A stretch of 63,891 nt of DNA, filler included, from Chrysochromulina tobinii (lineage: Eukaryota), in assembly GCA_001275005.1 (NCBI GenBank). It is 8 parts of 8 records of this genome, joined end to end, with 100 filler letters (N's around TTAATTAATTAA, not from the genome) between each part and the next. Parts side by side here need not be neighbours in the genome. Positions count along the whole stretch, not along the records: positions 1 to 20,497 come from JWZX01000780.1; 7 more parts are not named here. One strand, written 5' to 3'. Positions 1-11,291 of the stretch are shown piece after piece. Every line of letters starts with the position of its first letter. The first letter of the stretch is position 1. The position numbers and the translations under genes were made by a program. The notes below the pieces were generated by a model. The model was given only the letters and a program-made list of their open reading frames with translations, searched no databases and had not been told where the DNA came from.

Positions 1-2
1 GC

Positions 3-851
3 GGTGCAGACAATTGCGACGCTGCCCTGTGCGGGGCGGAGTTTCCAGAGGACGAGTGCGACGAGGGCCTCTGCGAGATCAGCTTCCCCTCCTGCGTCAA
101 CCGCGCACAGTGCCCGGATGAGCCGACCACGTGCGCGGCGGCGCAGCTCTTCTTCGCAACGGGCGGCTGCGCTGCCTCGTGCACCAACGCGGACTTCGTG
201 TCTGTCGTCGGCACTCTCGTGCCTCTCTACCCGGCTCTGGCGGGCTGCACTCGCCAGGCGCCCACGATCGTGACGACCGCGTTCACGGCGTCGGGCGACG
301 TGTCCGACTTCACGCCGTCCAAAAAGGATAGCATCAAGACCGTCTTCGCCACCGCGGCGGGCGTCGACCCCTCGGTCGTCACGGTCACCGTCACGTCCGC
401 GTCCGTGCTCATCACCGTCGCGATCGCGTTCTCGTCCCCAGCCGCGGCTACCACGGCCGTCTCCACGCTGTCGACGGGCATTCTCGCCAACCAAGGCTCG
501 CTCGCGGCCGCGCTTCAAGCGGCGGTGCCCAGCATCGTCGTTCAGGCCATCGTCACTGCACCAACCATCGCCGCAGGTTCCGCTGTACAAATCCAACTCC
601 CCACTACGAGTCGGACTGCGGGGATGGGTACGGGTGGCTATGTGGGGATTGCCCTGGCCGTCTTCTTCGCCCTCGGCTGTATCTTCGGCGGGATCGTCTT
701 CGCCCTGCGTAAGAATCCGCCGGCGGGGGCCAAAGCGGGCACTGCTATTGCGGTCACAAGCTCTGCAAGGACCTCTGCAGTGTCCGTCACCACGGATGAC
801 AAAGCAGACGACGTAGTGTCCGGCGGTCGCACGTTCAATGACAAGATCTGA
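3..851 (+). CDS. 5'-truncated Cys-rich single-pass membrane/surface protein (SEA-like 'ASGDVSDF' module + C-terminal TM helix)
   Basis: Frame open from position 3 (GADNCDAALC..CVNRAQCPDEPTTC) into ORF 198-851; hydrophobic GYVGIALAVFFALGCIFGGIVFAL followed by RK; stop TGA 849-851. Confidence 0.7.
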   Translation, partial: GADNCDAALCGAEFPEDECDEGLCEISFPSCVNRAQCPDEPTTCAAAQLFFATGGCAASCTNADFVSVVGTLVPLYPALAGCTRQAPTIVTTAFTASGDVSDFTPSKKDSIKTVFATAAGVDPSVVTVTVTSASVLITVAIAFSSPAAATTAVSTLSTGILANQGSLAAALQAAVPSIVVQAIVTAPTIAAGSAVQIQLPTTSRTAGMGTGGYVGIALAVFFALGCIFGGIVFALRKNPPAGAKAGTAIAVTSSARTSAVSVTTDDKADDVVSGGRTFNDKI

Positions 852-1699
852 TGAGAGGGCTGACGAAGATATCTGGTGACTCTTCGGGCCGGTCGGGGGG
901 AAATGCGCCGAATGGCTATACGTAAGATTGCGGGCACACCGCATCTTGACCCTTGACGGGTCTGGCTCTGTGGTTAGACGGAGACATTTCGTGTGGTATA
1001 CGCCGCGAGCCCGCTACGGAGGGTGCACCATATGCTGTACCTGCTTCGCGGCGACGAGCTCTACCGTGGATCGTCCGGCGGGCTCGGTGCCGTCGCGCGC
1101 TGAGTTACCGAGCGATTAAGGATTATCGGTTGAGCTCTTACTACCGAGGATCGTCCGGCGGGCTTGTTGCCGTCGGAGCACTGTTGAGTTATAGCGTGTC
1201 GCGGGTACACGTGGTTCCTTGTGTGTGAATTTGACGTCGGCGACGCGCGGCGCATGTCGTTTGACTTTTCGTTTCGCCGAGACAGACGCGTCAACATATT
1301 CATATACAACTTACGAGTCGAACTACACACTCGCGCGCGGCGACGTGGTCGTACTAAGGTCGTACCCCGCGGCGCAGCTCCGACGAGTACGCGCCCTCGC
1401 GCCGGTACCCCGGTCGGCCGGGTAATTCGTAATTGCTGCCTATTGCTATAGGCTATTGTACGCCGCCCGCGTCGCGAGGTCCGCGCGCCTCCCGCGCGAC
1501 GGCCGGGCCGACGGTGCGCGAATGCCATATGCGCCACCATGCCATCATATGCGTAGCCATACACTGTAGGGAGCCATGTTGAGTATGCGATGCCATTCTG
1601 TATCTGAGAGATGGGGGTCCTGCCCACCTGCCGATCCCAGCGGTGTCTCCCCGGCTCCAGAATGCGGTAGATGATGCGGTGTTGTTCACCCCCCTCCTC

Positions 1700-3329
1700 T
1701 CACCCCCCTTTCTCCCTGGGCGTGGTGCTGGCCCACACCTTCCCATACGGTGTGAGCTGCTGCACTTGCTCGGCGGTGAGGTAGCGCCCGTCGACGAGGG
1801 CCTTCGCCGGGTCACTCGCCACTAGATGTACCTTACCCATGGACTGACGGTCAATCAGTTTCGTCAGTACGTGATCGACGACCCAAGCTCCAATCGCGGG
1901 CGCTCCCATCACAAGGCACGCGCCGAGCAGCTGCGGATAGTGCGCCTTGCTCACTCTGGCCACCTCCGTCCAAAACGGGATCGCGCTGAAAAAGCGTAAC
2001 GGCTCAAACTCGCGCACTTCGTAAACCGCCAAGTGGCCGCGCGACGGGCAAGCTGAGCTGTCGACCTCCTGAACCACGACCTCCATCCATCGCAGGTAGC
2101 GCCTCACGATGTCGCGCTGCGAGACGCCTGTGGGGAAGGATGGGCGCCGTGGTGAGCACTTGCATGCAGGGCAGGATCCATCTTAGGTTCGATGTCGCGC
2201 TGCGACACGCCCTTGGCCAGCAGCTTGGGCACATCCAGCGCGCGAAGGTCGTAGAAGATCACCGGGCGGCCCTCGAGGTCGTGACAAAGGACTTGCATCG
2301 CATGTGGACCCATCGCGTGCTCCAGCGCCGCCTCGGCCGTTGGATCTGCCAGCTTGAGCGCGCCCGGGCGGAGGAGCTCATGGATCCCCTCTTCTTCGCG
2401 CCAGCGCGACGATGCCGCAAAGGCTACCGCGGCCTTGGCCACGTCGCCCTGGTGCTCTTTCAGATAGCGCGCGCCGCTGTGGGCGGAGGGCGGCTGGGCG
2501 CCGAGCTGGGCGCATGCCCCGCAGAGCTTTTCGAGGCTCTGCTCCTCTGGGGTCCTCGGGCTATCCTCGGGCGCCGTGTCCGGCGTCGTCACGAACCAGC
2601 TCGCATTCCTCCAGAGCCCGCCCGACTCCCCGCTGACCCCCTTGAAGCGCAAAGCATTGCGCGCGGCGGGCGCGAGCTCGTTCTCAACGTACCACCGGAT
2701 GCTGGGCCGCGCGAGCCCGATCCCGCCCGCGTCGACCTCCGTGTACACGCCGCCCTCCACCCTGTAGAGCACCCAGTTGCACAGGACGAGGCTCGCCACA
2801 TACTCGCGCGCCTTGCCCTCGTCCGTGTGCGTCGACGGCTCGAAGTTGTGGATGCCGTTCTCGGTGACGACGACGTAGCTCTCGGGCACAGGTGGGCTCA
2901 GGATTCGGAAGAGCTGGTCGAGCACGCCACGAAGCAGCGCCAGCTGGGTACGGCCCTCTGTCGCCTCCTTTGTGGCGAGCTCGTCTCAACACTACCTACC
3001 CGGATGCTCGGGCCGTCGCCGAGCCCGATCCCGCCCGCGTCGATCTCCGTGTACACGCCGCCCTCCACCCTGTAGAGCACCCAGTTGCAGCGGAGCCTGG
3101 CCACAAAGCCGCGCGCCTCGCCCTCGTCCGAGAGCTCCGACAGACCGGTCCCACGAGCGACATGCTCATGGGTCACAAAATTGTGGATGCCTTTCTCGGT
3201 GATGATGACGTAGCGCTGGTGCGGGCCGCCTCCGCCAAAGAGGCTCTTGAATAGATCCGGCACTAGCGAGACCGCTGGAACCGTGAAAGAGGCGTTCGGG
3301 ATGGATGGCATCTGGTCGAGAACCGTCAT
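1700..3329 (-). CDS. CRAL-TRIO/Sec14-like lipid-binding protein with two tandem N-terminal domains; one intron (2128-2210) and an apparent frameshift at ~2985-3000
   Basis: ARYLKEHQGDVAKA..WREEEGI (CRAL-TRIO N), DLEGRPVIFY, HYPQLLG..MGAP (C-terminal); duplicated domain CNWVLYRVEGGVYTE[IV]DAGGIGL; splicing the GC-AG intron joins ORFs 2104-2925 and 1700-2107 in frame. Confidence 0.75.
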
Positions 3330-3755
3330 TTTCAAGCGCCCTTGAACTTGGGCATTTTGCCGAAGCAGAACCCAAAACAGCAAACATTCCTAATTCACAA
3401 CACACCGACCTCAAAGGGTGAAGGGCGGCAACACCTCGCACTCACAGTCGCTTCATTCTCATTCCTTCACAGACAAGGGTTCACACTATTAATTATCTCG
3501 ATCCTTTTCGCCGCGAATCACAGATCGACAGACACGGCACGCACGCGCTACGTAGCCGACACTACTCTGACATGCACTTGCTGAGCGGACTGAAAGGACA
3601 CGGAAGGTCACGCGATATTTCGTTGCGTTGCGTACGTGCGCGCTGATTCCTGATTCGCACGTCATGATGCCAGCACGCAACGCGTCTCGATCGTGATTCG
3701 TGTGCCTTGATATCGGCTACTTATCATCATCATCTCTCCCTGCCTGAGGCCTCGT

Positions 3756-4954
3756 CTACACGCTGCTCATGCTGCTCGACGAGAACATGCCAAACCGGAA
3801 AGAGGCGCGCACCTCGAGCCAATCTCGTGCCGCGCACCGATCGTCGGCAACCATGCGCGTGATGCGGTCCTGCTTCGCATGCTCACGTGCCGCGTAGTCA
3901 CCCACGCGTCTCCACCGACGGAGCGGATCTGCCTTGAGCGCCTGCTGCACCTGATGAGGGAGGCAATCAGCATGCAATCAGTCTCCACCGACGGAGCGGA
4001 TCTGCCTTGAGCGCCTGCTGCACCTGATGAGGAAGGCAATCAGCATGCAATCAGTCTCCACCGACGGAGCGGATCTGCCTTGAGCGCCTGCTGCACCTGA
4101 TGAGGGAGGCACTCAGCGGCGCTTGAGAGACATGCTGAGGGCAGGTCCGAGGACGATTGAAACTCAGAGAGTAACAGTAGCCCATCGGGGGGGTAGCCCG
4201 ATCGGGGGGGAGGGGGTCGGCAGCTCGGGCAGCGCTGTACCTGATGCTGCCAGACGGACACATAGTCACCAGTGGCCGCTGAGAGCTCTGAAGGCTTTGG
4301 AGCGGCCGGCGCCAAGGGCGGCGTGGGCAGCAGGGGCGTCTCGCATCGCGGCATGCCAAAGGGCGTCGTGCCAAGCTCCAGTCGGGTGAGCGTCCGTGAC
4401 TTGATACTGCTCCCCCTCTTGTGTGCATCTGCCGCGGCCGAATGCGGCCGGCTGCGATCGTGGCTGTTGAGCATGTCGGGCAGGCTGGTAGTGCTCGCGC
4501 TCGAGGTGAGAACTCGGCCGACCCGGCTCACAGTACGCGTCTGTGTCGTTGGCGTGAGCAGCTCCGCCAGCGCCTTGCGGGTCTTGTCACTCGCCTTGTC
4601 GGGCGTCGTCGGTGGCGCGGCTCCCTGGTGGTTCTCCTTATTCTCCTTGTTGACCTTGCTCCGAGCCCGAATGATGGAGTCACTGCCCATCTCTACCGTC
4701 GTTGGCGTCACCCACGCATTGGGCAGAACTGGCGCGGACGCGGTGTGCGGCATCTGCGGTGTTGAAGCGAACTGGACGATCTTGGCCACGGAGGAGCTCG
4801 CGCCTGTCGGCGTGCTCGCAATGCATCGAACGCGCGCGATCGGCGTTGGCGCGCTGGCTAGGTTGCGGCTCGTTGGGATCCGCGCGACGACTGGGGCGAC
4901 TGGCAGTGAGTTCGGAGCCTCGCGCTCAGGCAGCACGAAGAATGGCGACTTCAT
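3756..4954 (-). CDS. Hypothetical Pro/Ser/Thr-rich protein, 2 exons (intron 3951-4240)
   Basis: ORF 4040-4954 joins via CAG|GTACAG...CCCTCATCAG|GTG to VQQALKADPLRRWRRVG..., stop 3756-3758; contains KEN motifs. Confidence 0.55.
3908..4110 (-). repeat. Three tandem 73-bp units = 3' splice site + first ~42 nt of exon 2
   Basis: Units start at 3908, 3981, 4054. Confidence 0.95.
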
Positions 4955-5220
4955 GAGAAGAGGGACGAGGAAAGATCTTCTTTTGAATTCGGCTTTCGCG
5001 ACTGCGAGTTTGAGAGCGTCCCGTGTTCCAGTTCACAGCCAATGGTCACACTGTCGCACGAGTGTAACGAGATTGTTGAGAGATGGGGGAGGGTGGCAGG
5101 TTAGCGACGGAATCAAAAATAGACACCGTTCACAGCCGATGGTTTGGACGAAAGGGCTGGGAGGCCGCCTCCCTCTTGACTGTCCCTACAGCCGGCATCA
5201 CGACCGACTCCGAGTCGACG

Positions 5221-8200
5221 ATGCTGCTGCGCGCGACCAGCACCCGCTCGGAGGATGTAACCCGGCCGCCGCTGGCGCAGCGCTATCGATCTTCACCTCT
5301 CGCCTCGCCAGAGATGCCCACGGGCATCACCAACATCATCTCCAACGAGGCTGCCGAGCGCTTCTCCTTTTACGGCATGAAGTGCATCCTCGTCGTGTTC
5401 ATGACCTCGCATCTTCGCGACGCGCAGAGGCAGCCGGCCTATCTGAGCGAGAAGGTCGCACTCGTCTACTACCACTCATTCACCAGTGCCGTGTACCTGA
5501 CCCCGCTCGGCGGAGCGCTGCTAGCCGAGGCGGTGCTCGGCAAGTACCGCACGGTCGTGTACCTGTCGCTCGTGTACTGCGGAGGGCACCTCGCTCTCGC
5601 AATCGACGAGACGCGCACCGGTGATGGCCGCTGGGCGCACACGTAGTTGATTGCGTCCGATGGCCACGGATGGCCGCTGATTGCGTCGCGATTGGCGCTG
5701 AGAGCCGCTGATTGCGTCTGATTGCCGCTGAGGGCGCCCTCGCTCGAGCAGGCCTCTTCGTCGGCCTCGCCCTCGTCGCCCTCGGCTCCGGCGGCATCAA
5801 GCCGTGCGTCAGCGCCGTGTTGGGCGACCAGTTCGGCGAACTCAACCAGCACTTGGTGAGCGTCGCCTTGATTGCACTTGATTGTGTACTGGTTTGCTCT
5901 GGATTACAGTGGATTGGTGAGCTCGGCCTTGGTTGAACATGGTTGCTCTCGATTGCACTTGATTGCCTCAGGTGAGCACGGCCTTTGGGTACTTCTATCT
6001 GGCCATCAATCTGGGCGCCTTCACCTCGACGTTACTCACACCCTACCTTCTCGAGCACGCGGGCTCGCATGCGGCCTTTGGCGTGCCAGGTGGTTGCACT
6101 TGATTGCACTCGTTTGCACTTGAGTGTACTTGACGTGGTAGTGCTCACCACGGCGCCCTCGCCCACACACAGGCATCGCCATGGCTCTCGCAACGCTCGC
6201 CTTCTGGAGCGGCCGTCACAAGTACAGACCTCTGATGACCTCTGATGACCTCTGATGGCATGCTGATTGCCATACCGCCGCCGTAGGTACACGCACGTGC
6301 CCCCGAATGCGAGCCGCTTCCTGATGACCTCTGATGACCTCCCTCATCAGGTACACGCACGTGCCCCCGAATGCGAGCCGCTTCCTGCGCAGCACTTGTA
6401 GCCCCGAGGGTGCCCGCGCGCTGTGCAAGCTGATCGGCTTGTTTGGCTTCTTCGCGGTGTATTGGAGCTTGTATGACCAAAGTGGCTCGGCGTGGGTGCT
6501 GCAGGTGAGCGTCTCGGATGGCCCCTGATGGCCTCTGATGGCCTCCCTCATCGCATGCATGTGAGCGGCTCGGAGTGCTTCTGATGGCCTCTGATGGCCT
6601 CTGATGGCCTCTGATGGCCTCCGATGGCCTCTGATGGCTTCTGATGGCCTCTGATGGCCTCTGATGATCACTGATGGCCTCTACTGGCAGGCAGAGAAGT
6701 TGGACAGAAGGTTCCTGGGTGTGGAATGGCTCCCCTCCCAAATCGGGGCGATCAATCCTCTCTTGATCCTCACACTCGTACCGCTCCTGCACGGCGCCGA
6801 CTTTGGCACCCCTCTCGGCGCCGTGTCGGGCGTGGGGCGCTCGGCGTTCTTCGCACGGCTCGGGCTCGTACCACGACGGCGCGTGCGGCTGGTAGGGCTC
6901 TACGAGCTCGTCGCCCGACACGGCGTTCGCGTTACGCCGCTGCGTAAGATCGGCTGCGGGCTCGTGCTCTGCGCGTGCTCGTTCCTGATCCCGCTGCAGG
7001 TGGAGGTTTGGATGGAGGCGAGCGGGTACAATCATAGCGCTGCAGCTCTGGCCGAGTGCAACGGCGCTGTTGGCGACGGCGGCGGCGGCGGTGCGCGTGG
7101 CTGTGGGCTCAGGCCCAGCATCGCATGGCAGGTGGTTGCCTTTGATCACGTGCCCACTGATTGCCCTTGATGAATACTGCTCAGTGAGGCCGAGCATCGC
7201 GCGGCAGCTCCTCGCTGATCTCGTGCCCCCTGATTGCCCTTGATGAATACTGCTCAGTGAGGCCGAGCATCGCGCGGCAGCTCCTCGCTGATCTCGTGCT
7301 CACGCTCGTTGATCTCGTCTCGATCTCGTCTGATCTCGTCTCGATCTCGTCTCGGTTTCGTCTGATCTCGTCTCGATCTCGTCTTGGTTTCGTCTGATCT
7401 CGTCTCGATCTCGTCTCGGTTTCGTCAGCTCGTCGCCTATTTCGTGCTCACTCTTTCGGAGGTGCTCGTCTCCGTCACTGGCCTCGAGTTCAGCTACACG
7501 CAGGCGCCACCGGCCATGAAGAGCATGGTGATGGCATTCTACCTCAGCGCGGTCGCCGCAGGCAATCTGGTCACCGTGGCCATCAATGCGAGCATCCTCA
7601 ACGCTGACGGCTCGAGCAGGTGAGTGCCGCTGCTTGCCGCTGATGGACTACGATGGCTTCTGATTGCTTCTGATAGCATCTCGAGTTCATCCCTGACTGC
7701 ATCTCTGATTGCCTCTGATGTGGCAGTTGGAGTGAGGTCGAGTACTATCGGTTCTTCACACTGATTGCTTCTGATTGCTTCTGATTGCTTCTGATTGCCT
7801 CCGATGTGGCAGTTGGAGTGAGGTCGAGTACTATCGGTTCTTTACACTGATTGCTTCTGATTGCCTCTGATGTGGCAGTTGGAGTGAGGTCGAGTACTAT
7901 CGGTTCTTTACACTGATTGCTTCTGATTGCTTCTGATTGCTTCTGATTGCCTCTGATGTGGCAGTTGGAGTGAGGTCGAGTACTATCGGTTCTTTACACT
8001 GATTGCTTCTGATTTACTTCTGATTGCTTCTGATTGCCTCTGATGTGGCAGTTGGAGTGAGGTCGAGTACTATCGGTTCTTTACACTGATTTCTTCTGAT
8101 TGCTTCTGATTGCCTCTGATGTGGCAGTTGGAGTGAGGTCGAGTACTATCGGTTCTTCACACTGATTGCTTCTGATTGCTTATGATTGCTTCTGATTGCT

Positions 8201-8560
8201 TCTGATTGCCTCTGATGTGGCAGTTGGAGTGAGGTCGAGTACTATCGGTTCTTCACGCTGCTCATGTTCGTCACCGCCGCCGCCTTCGTGCCGTACGCCG
8301 CGTGCTACAAGGAGAAGAGATACTTTCAAGGCCATGGGATGGACGAGATAGAGACGAGATCGGACGAGATGGAGACGAGAACAGACGAGATAGAGACGAG
8401 ATTTCAAGGCCATGGGACGGACGCGGACGCGGACGGTCCCGAGGCGGGGGCGGGGCCGCAGCCGACGTGGCGATCGTCGCAGCCGCTGCTGCCCGATGAG
8501 GTCAAGCTCGCGACGACTCGACCACGAGACGCTATAGTCGCTCGACACGAGACGCTTTAG
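5221..8560 (+). CDS. POT/PTR family proton-dependent oligopeptide transporter (multi-exon; start may be 5083)
   Basis: [12 protein letters not shown] (ExxERF), [41 protein letters not shown] motifs; introns ~5621-5751, 5856-5971, 6090-6172, 6222-6350, 6505-6690, 7132-7428, 7620-8223. Confidence 0.92.
7715..8260 (+). repeat. Seven copies of acceptor + exon start (GATGTGGCAG|TTGGAGTGAGGTCGAGTACTATCGGTTCTTYAC) separated by variable numbers of CTGATTGCTT decamers
   Basis: Direct reading; only the last copy (exon from 8224) continues into the ORF. Confidence 0.95.
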
Positions 8561-9186
8561 AGGGCTTTAAAGGCCGACTCGGTCTCGCGCGGGGTCGGAT
8601 CCGTTACGATTAGTACGACGTTAAAGCTACGACGTATGACGCGGGCGATACGCGGGCGAGGACGCGAGGTCAAGGCCGTATATTACATACTCTACCGCAC
8701 GGGTCTAGGCCGTCCGGTCTAGCCGACCGCGACGCGCGACCTGACCACGCGACGTCATACACGACGCGCGCGAGACGGGCCGAAGCGCGCGGCGACCGGC
8801 GTGGAGAGTTTCAGAGTAGCCCGAGCTGGAGTACCTGGTTAATATCATATTATGCGCGCCCCGGCGGCGGTCTTCTAGAGAGACGCGCCGGGCGGACCGG
8901 CACTTATAAATCGAATTCATCCCGACACCGTTAGGTCCCTTCTCTAGAAGAAAGCGCATTCAGCATTGTATGTGCATTGAACGCCATGGAGATTCATGTG
9001 TTTATGACACTTCGATCTCCCATCTGTGCGAGCCTTCGGACTTCGCTCACATGATCCTGATCGCCGGCGCGCTCGCCGTGGTTCGCGCGGCACGCCGCCA
9101 GACCCGAGACCGCAGAGGATCCGTATAGCCCGAAGTCCCGGACGAGATTCTACGAGATGCTCCCGAGATTCTTCGAATTTCGTCAG

Positions 9187-11115
9187 TCAGGTCGCCGAAT
9201 GCGGCGACACGCTGCCAGCATTGTCTCGCGCCGAGATCACGACCTCGCGGAGGGGGATCACGGCCTCCCCACTGGTGCTTCTCCCCCGAGCGTCGCTGGA
9301 CCTGCCCGGAGAGAGCGTCGTCCCGGGCGTTGGAGAGGGCCCCCCTCTTGAACGAGGCGAGAGGAGCGCGGCTCCGAGCCCAGTGCCGGAGCGTGTCATC
9401 TCGCGCTCGAGTGCCCACGACGGCGGCAGTGAGGCGGAGAGGCTAGGCGACGAGGTGACCTGATGAGGGAGCTCATCATGTACCATCAGAGGCGATCAGA
9501 GGCAATCAGATGCGATCAGAGGCCATCAGAGGCGTACTGAGGAGCGTTGGGAGGTGGCCAATTAGGGAGGCAATTAGGGAGGCGATCAGGGAGGCGTACT
9601 GAGGAGCGTTGGGAGGTGGCCAGCGTGGCCAGCGTGGCTACATGCATCTGGGACGAGATCAACGAGGGCGAGGTGCATCCGGGTCGAGATTGCATCTGGG
9701 ACGAGATCGACGATGGCGAGGTGAAGGATTCGGGTCCTCTGTTGAAGGCGAACTCGGAGCCAAGCTCCATCTCCGTCTCCAGCCGCGCGCGCTCGACGAT
9801 TGCAGCTGATGAGAGAGGCAGTTGGGGAAGCAATTAGGGAGGCCATCAGGGAGGCAATTAGGGAGGCAATTAGGGAGGCAATCATCTCCGTCTCCAGCCG
9901 CGCGATATCGACGATTGCAGCAGCAGCGAGATGCGAGCACATCCCGACAGAGGCCATCCGAGGCCATCCGCGGCCATCCGAGGCCATCCGAGGCCATCCG
10001 AGGCCATCCGCGGCCATCCGAGGCCATCCGAGGCACTCACCAGCGCGGATCTCATTATTAGGGAGGCAATTAGGGAGGCAACTAGGGAGGCACTCACCAG
10101 CGCGGATCTCCCGCTCGCGCGCCACTCGATGGCACAGCCCCGCATTCTCGGCCTGCAGCCGCGAGAGCTCGTGCTGCAGAGTTTCGTTACCCTTGCGCTG
10201 CTCTTCACACTCTCTCCGATAACGCTCCTGCTGCTCGCCCAGCCGATCGATCTCGCGCGTGAGGTGCGAGACGAGGAGATGCGTTCGCGCCGCCTCCTCG
10301 TCCGCCGCCGCGACGGTGCGCCCACGACGGCGCTCCTCGTCCGCGGCTGCCGAGGCCGTCGCCGCCGACGGCGACGCGCCGGCTGGCGGCGCCGTGTACT
10401 CGCACACGTGGGGTGGTGGCGGCAGGTCCTCCGCGGGGGCCATCCCCGCCGCCGCCGTCACCGCCGCCCCCATCCCCGCCGCTCCGCCGCCGCCGCCGAG
10501 GCGGCTGTCTGCGGCGGCGGCATCGGCGGCGTGGCCAGTCCAGCGCTGCAGGTGCCCCTGGATGCTCTGCAGGATCGACGACGTGTTCTCGCGCAATCTC
10601 GTCTCAAGGGCGCGCTTCTCATCGAGGACGGCGCCGAGCTGCTTCTGCAGCTTGTTCACGATGTACTCCTGCTCCTGCTCGAGCTGGATCTCAAGGTGGA
10701 CCTTCTCTTCCTTGACCTTCTGGAGCTTCTTGGTCAGCGCATTCGTGATCATCTCCTCCTCCACCTCCACCTGCCGCGCGAGCTCCTCCTTCTCCTGCTG
10801 GAGCGCCTCGAGCCTCTTCATGAGTTTGTTGGTGATGTACTCCTCCTCCTGCTCGGCCTGGACCTGCAACTGCCCCTGCAGCTGCGTCTGACGGTCGAGC
10901 TGCACCTGCAGCCGCGCTCGAGCTGATTTCTCGCGCTCGAGCTGAAGGAGCGCGCTCTGCAGCGCCTGCTGAAGCTCAGGCACAGACGCGAGCGCCAAAG
11001 GCACCGAAGCGAGGCTATCGGTCTCGGAGGCGGAGTCGGGCGCCTCTGACGGCACGGCAGACGACTCCGACGTGACCCGTTGCACAAGGTCAGGACGAGA
11101 CTCAGGCGTCGACAT
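9187..11115 (-). CDS. CCDC6/H4-like coiled-coil protein (DUF2046), introns 9806-10097 and 9460-9599
   Basis: AEQEEEYITNKLMKRL..EEEMITNALTKKL..LEQEQEYIVNKLQKQL repeats typical of CCDC6; splicing keeps the frame to the stop at 9187. Confidence 0.8.
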
Positions 11116-11291
11116 CGTTCCAAGCAGCGTGCGTGCGTGGGTGTCGCGGCAAGACGCGCAGAAGTAACTCGACTTTTTGCCCGAGGTGCTCGCCTTTACT
11201 GTAGAACATGCGAAATGTTATTTTTTCCGTGGGCGCGGACCACCAACTCAAGGCGGTAGCGCGGTGTTTGTTCACAGACGCGCACTGCACC

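Noticed and set aside
2980..3005. Two separate genes or a pseudogene upstream of CRAL-TRIO
   Set aside because: Alignment with the second domain copy shows clustered indels; most likely a local sequence error in one gene
3951..3960. Hammerhead ribozyme cores (CTGATGAG) at many sites
   Set aside because: They are reverse complements of the CTCATCAG acceptor; no GAAA core or flanking stems seen
7715..8260. CRISPR array
   Set aside because: The 'repeat' is the acceptor plus exon start of the host gene, the 'spacers' are the same decamer in varying number, there are no cas genes, and the context is eukaryotic
8871..8951. MITE defined by the inverted repeat TCTTCTAGAGA
   Set aside because: Only 11 bp, built around a palindromic site, with no TSD or second copy evident
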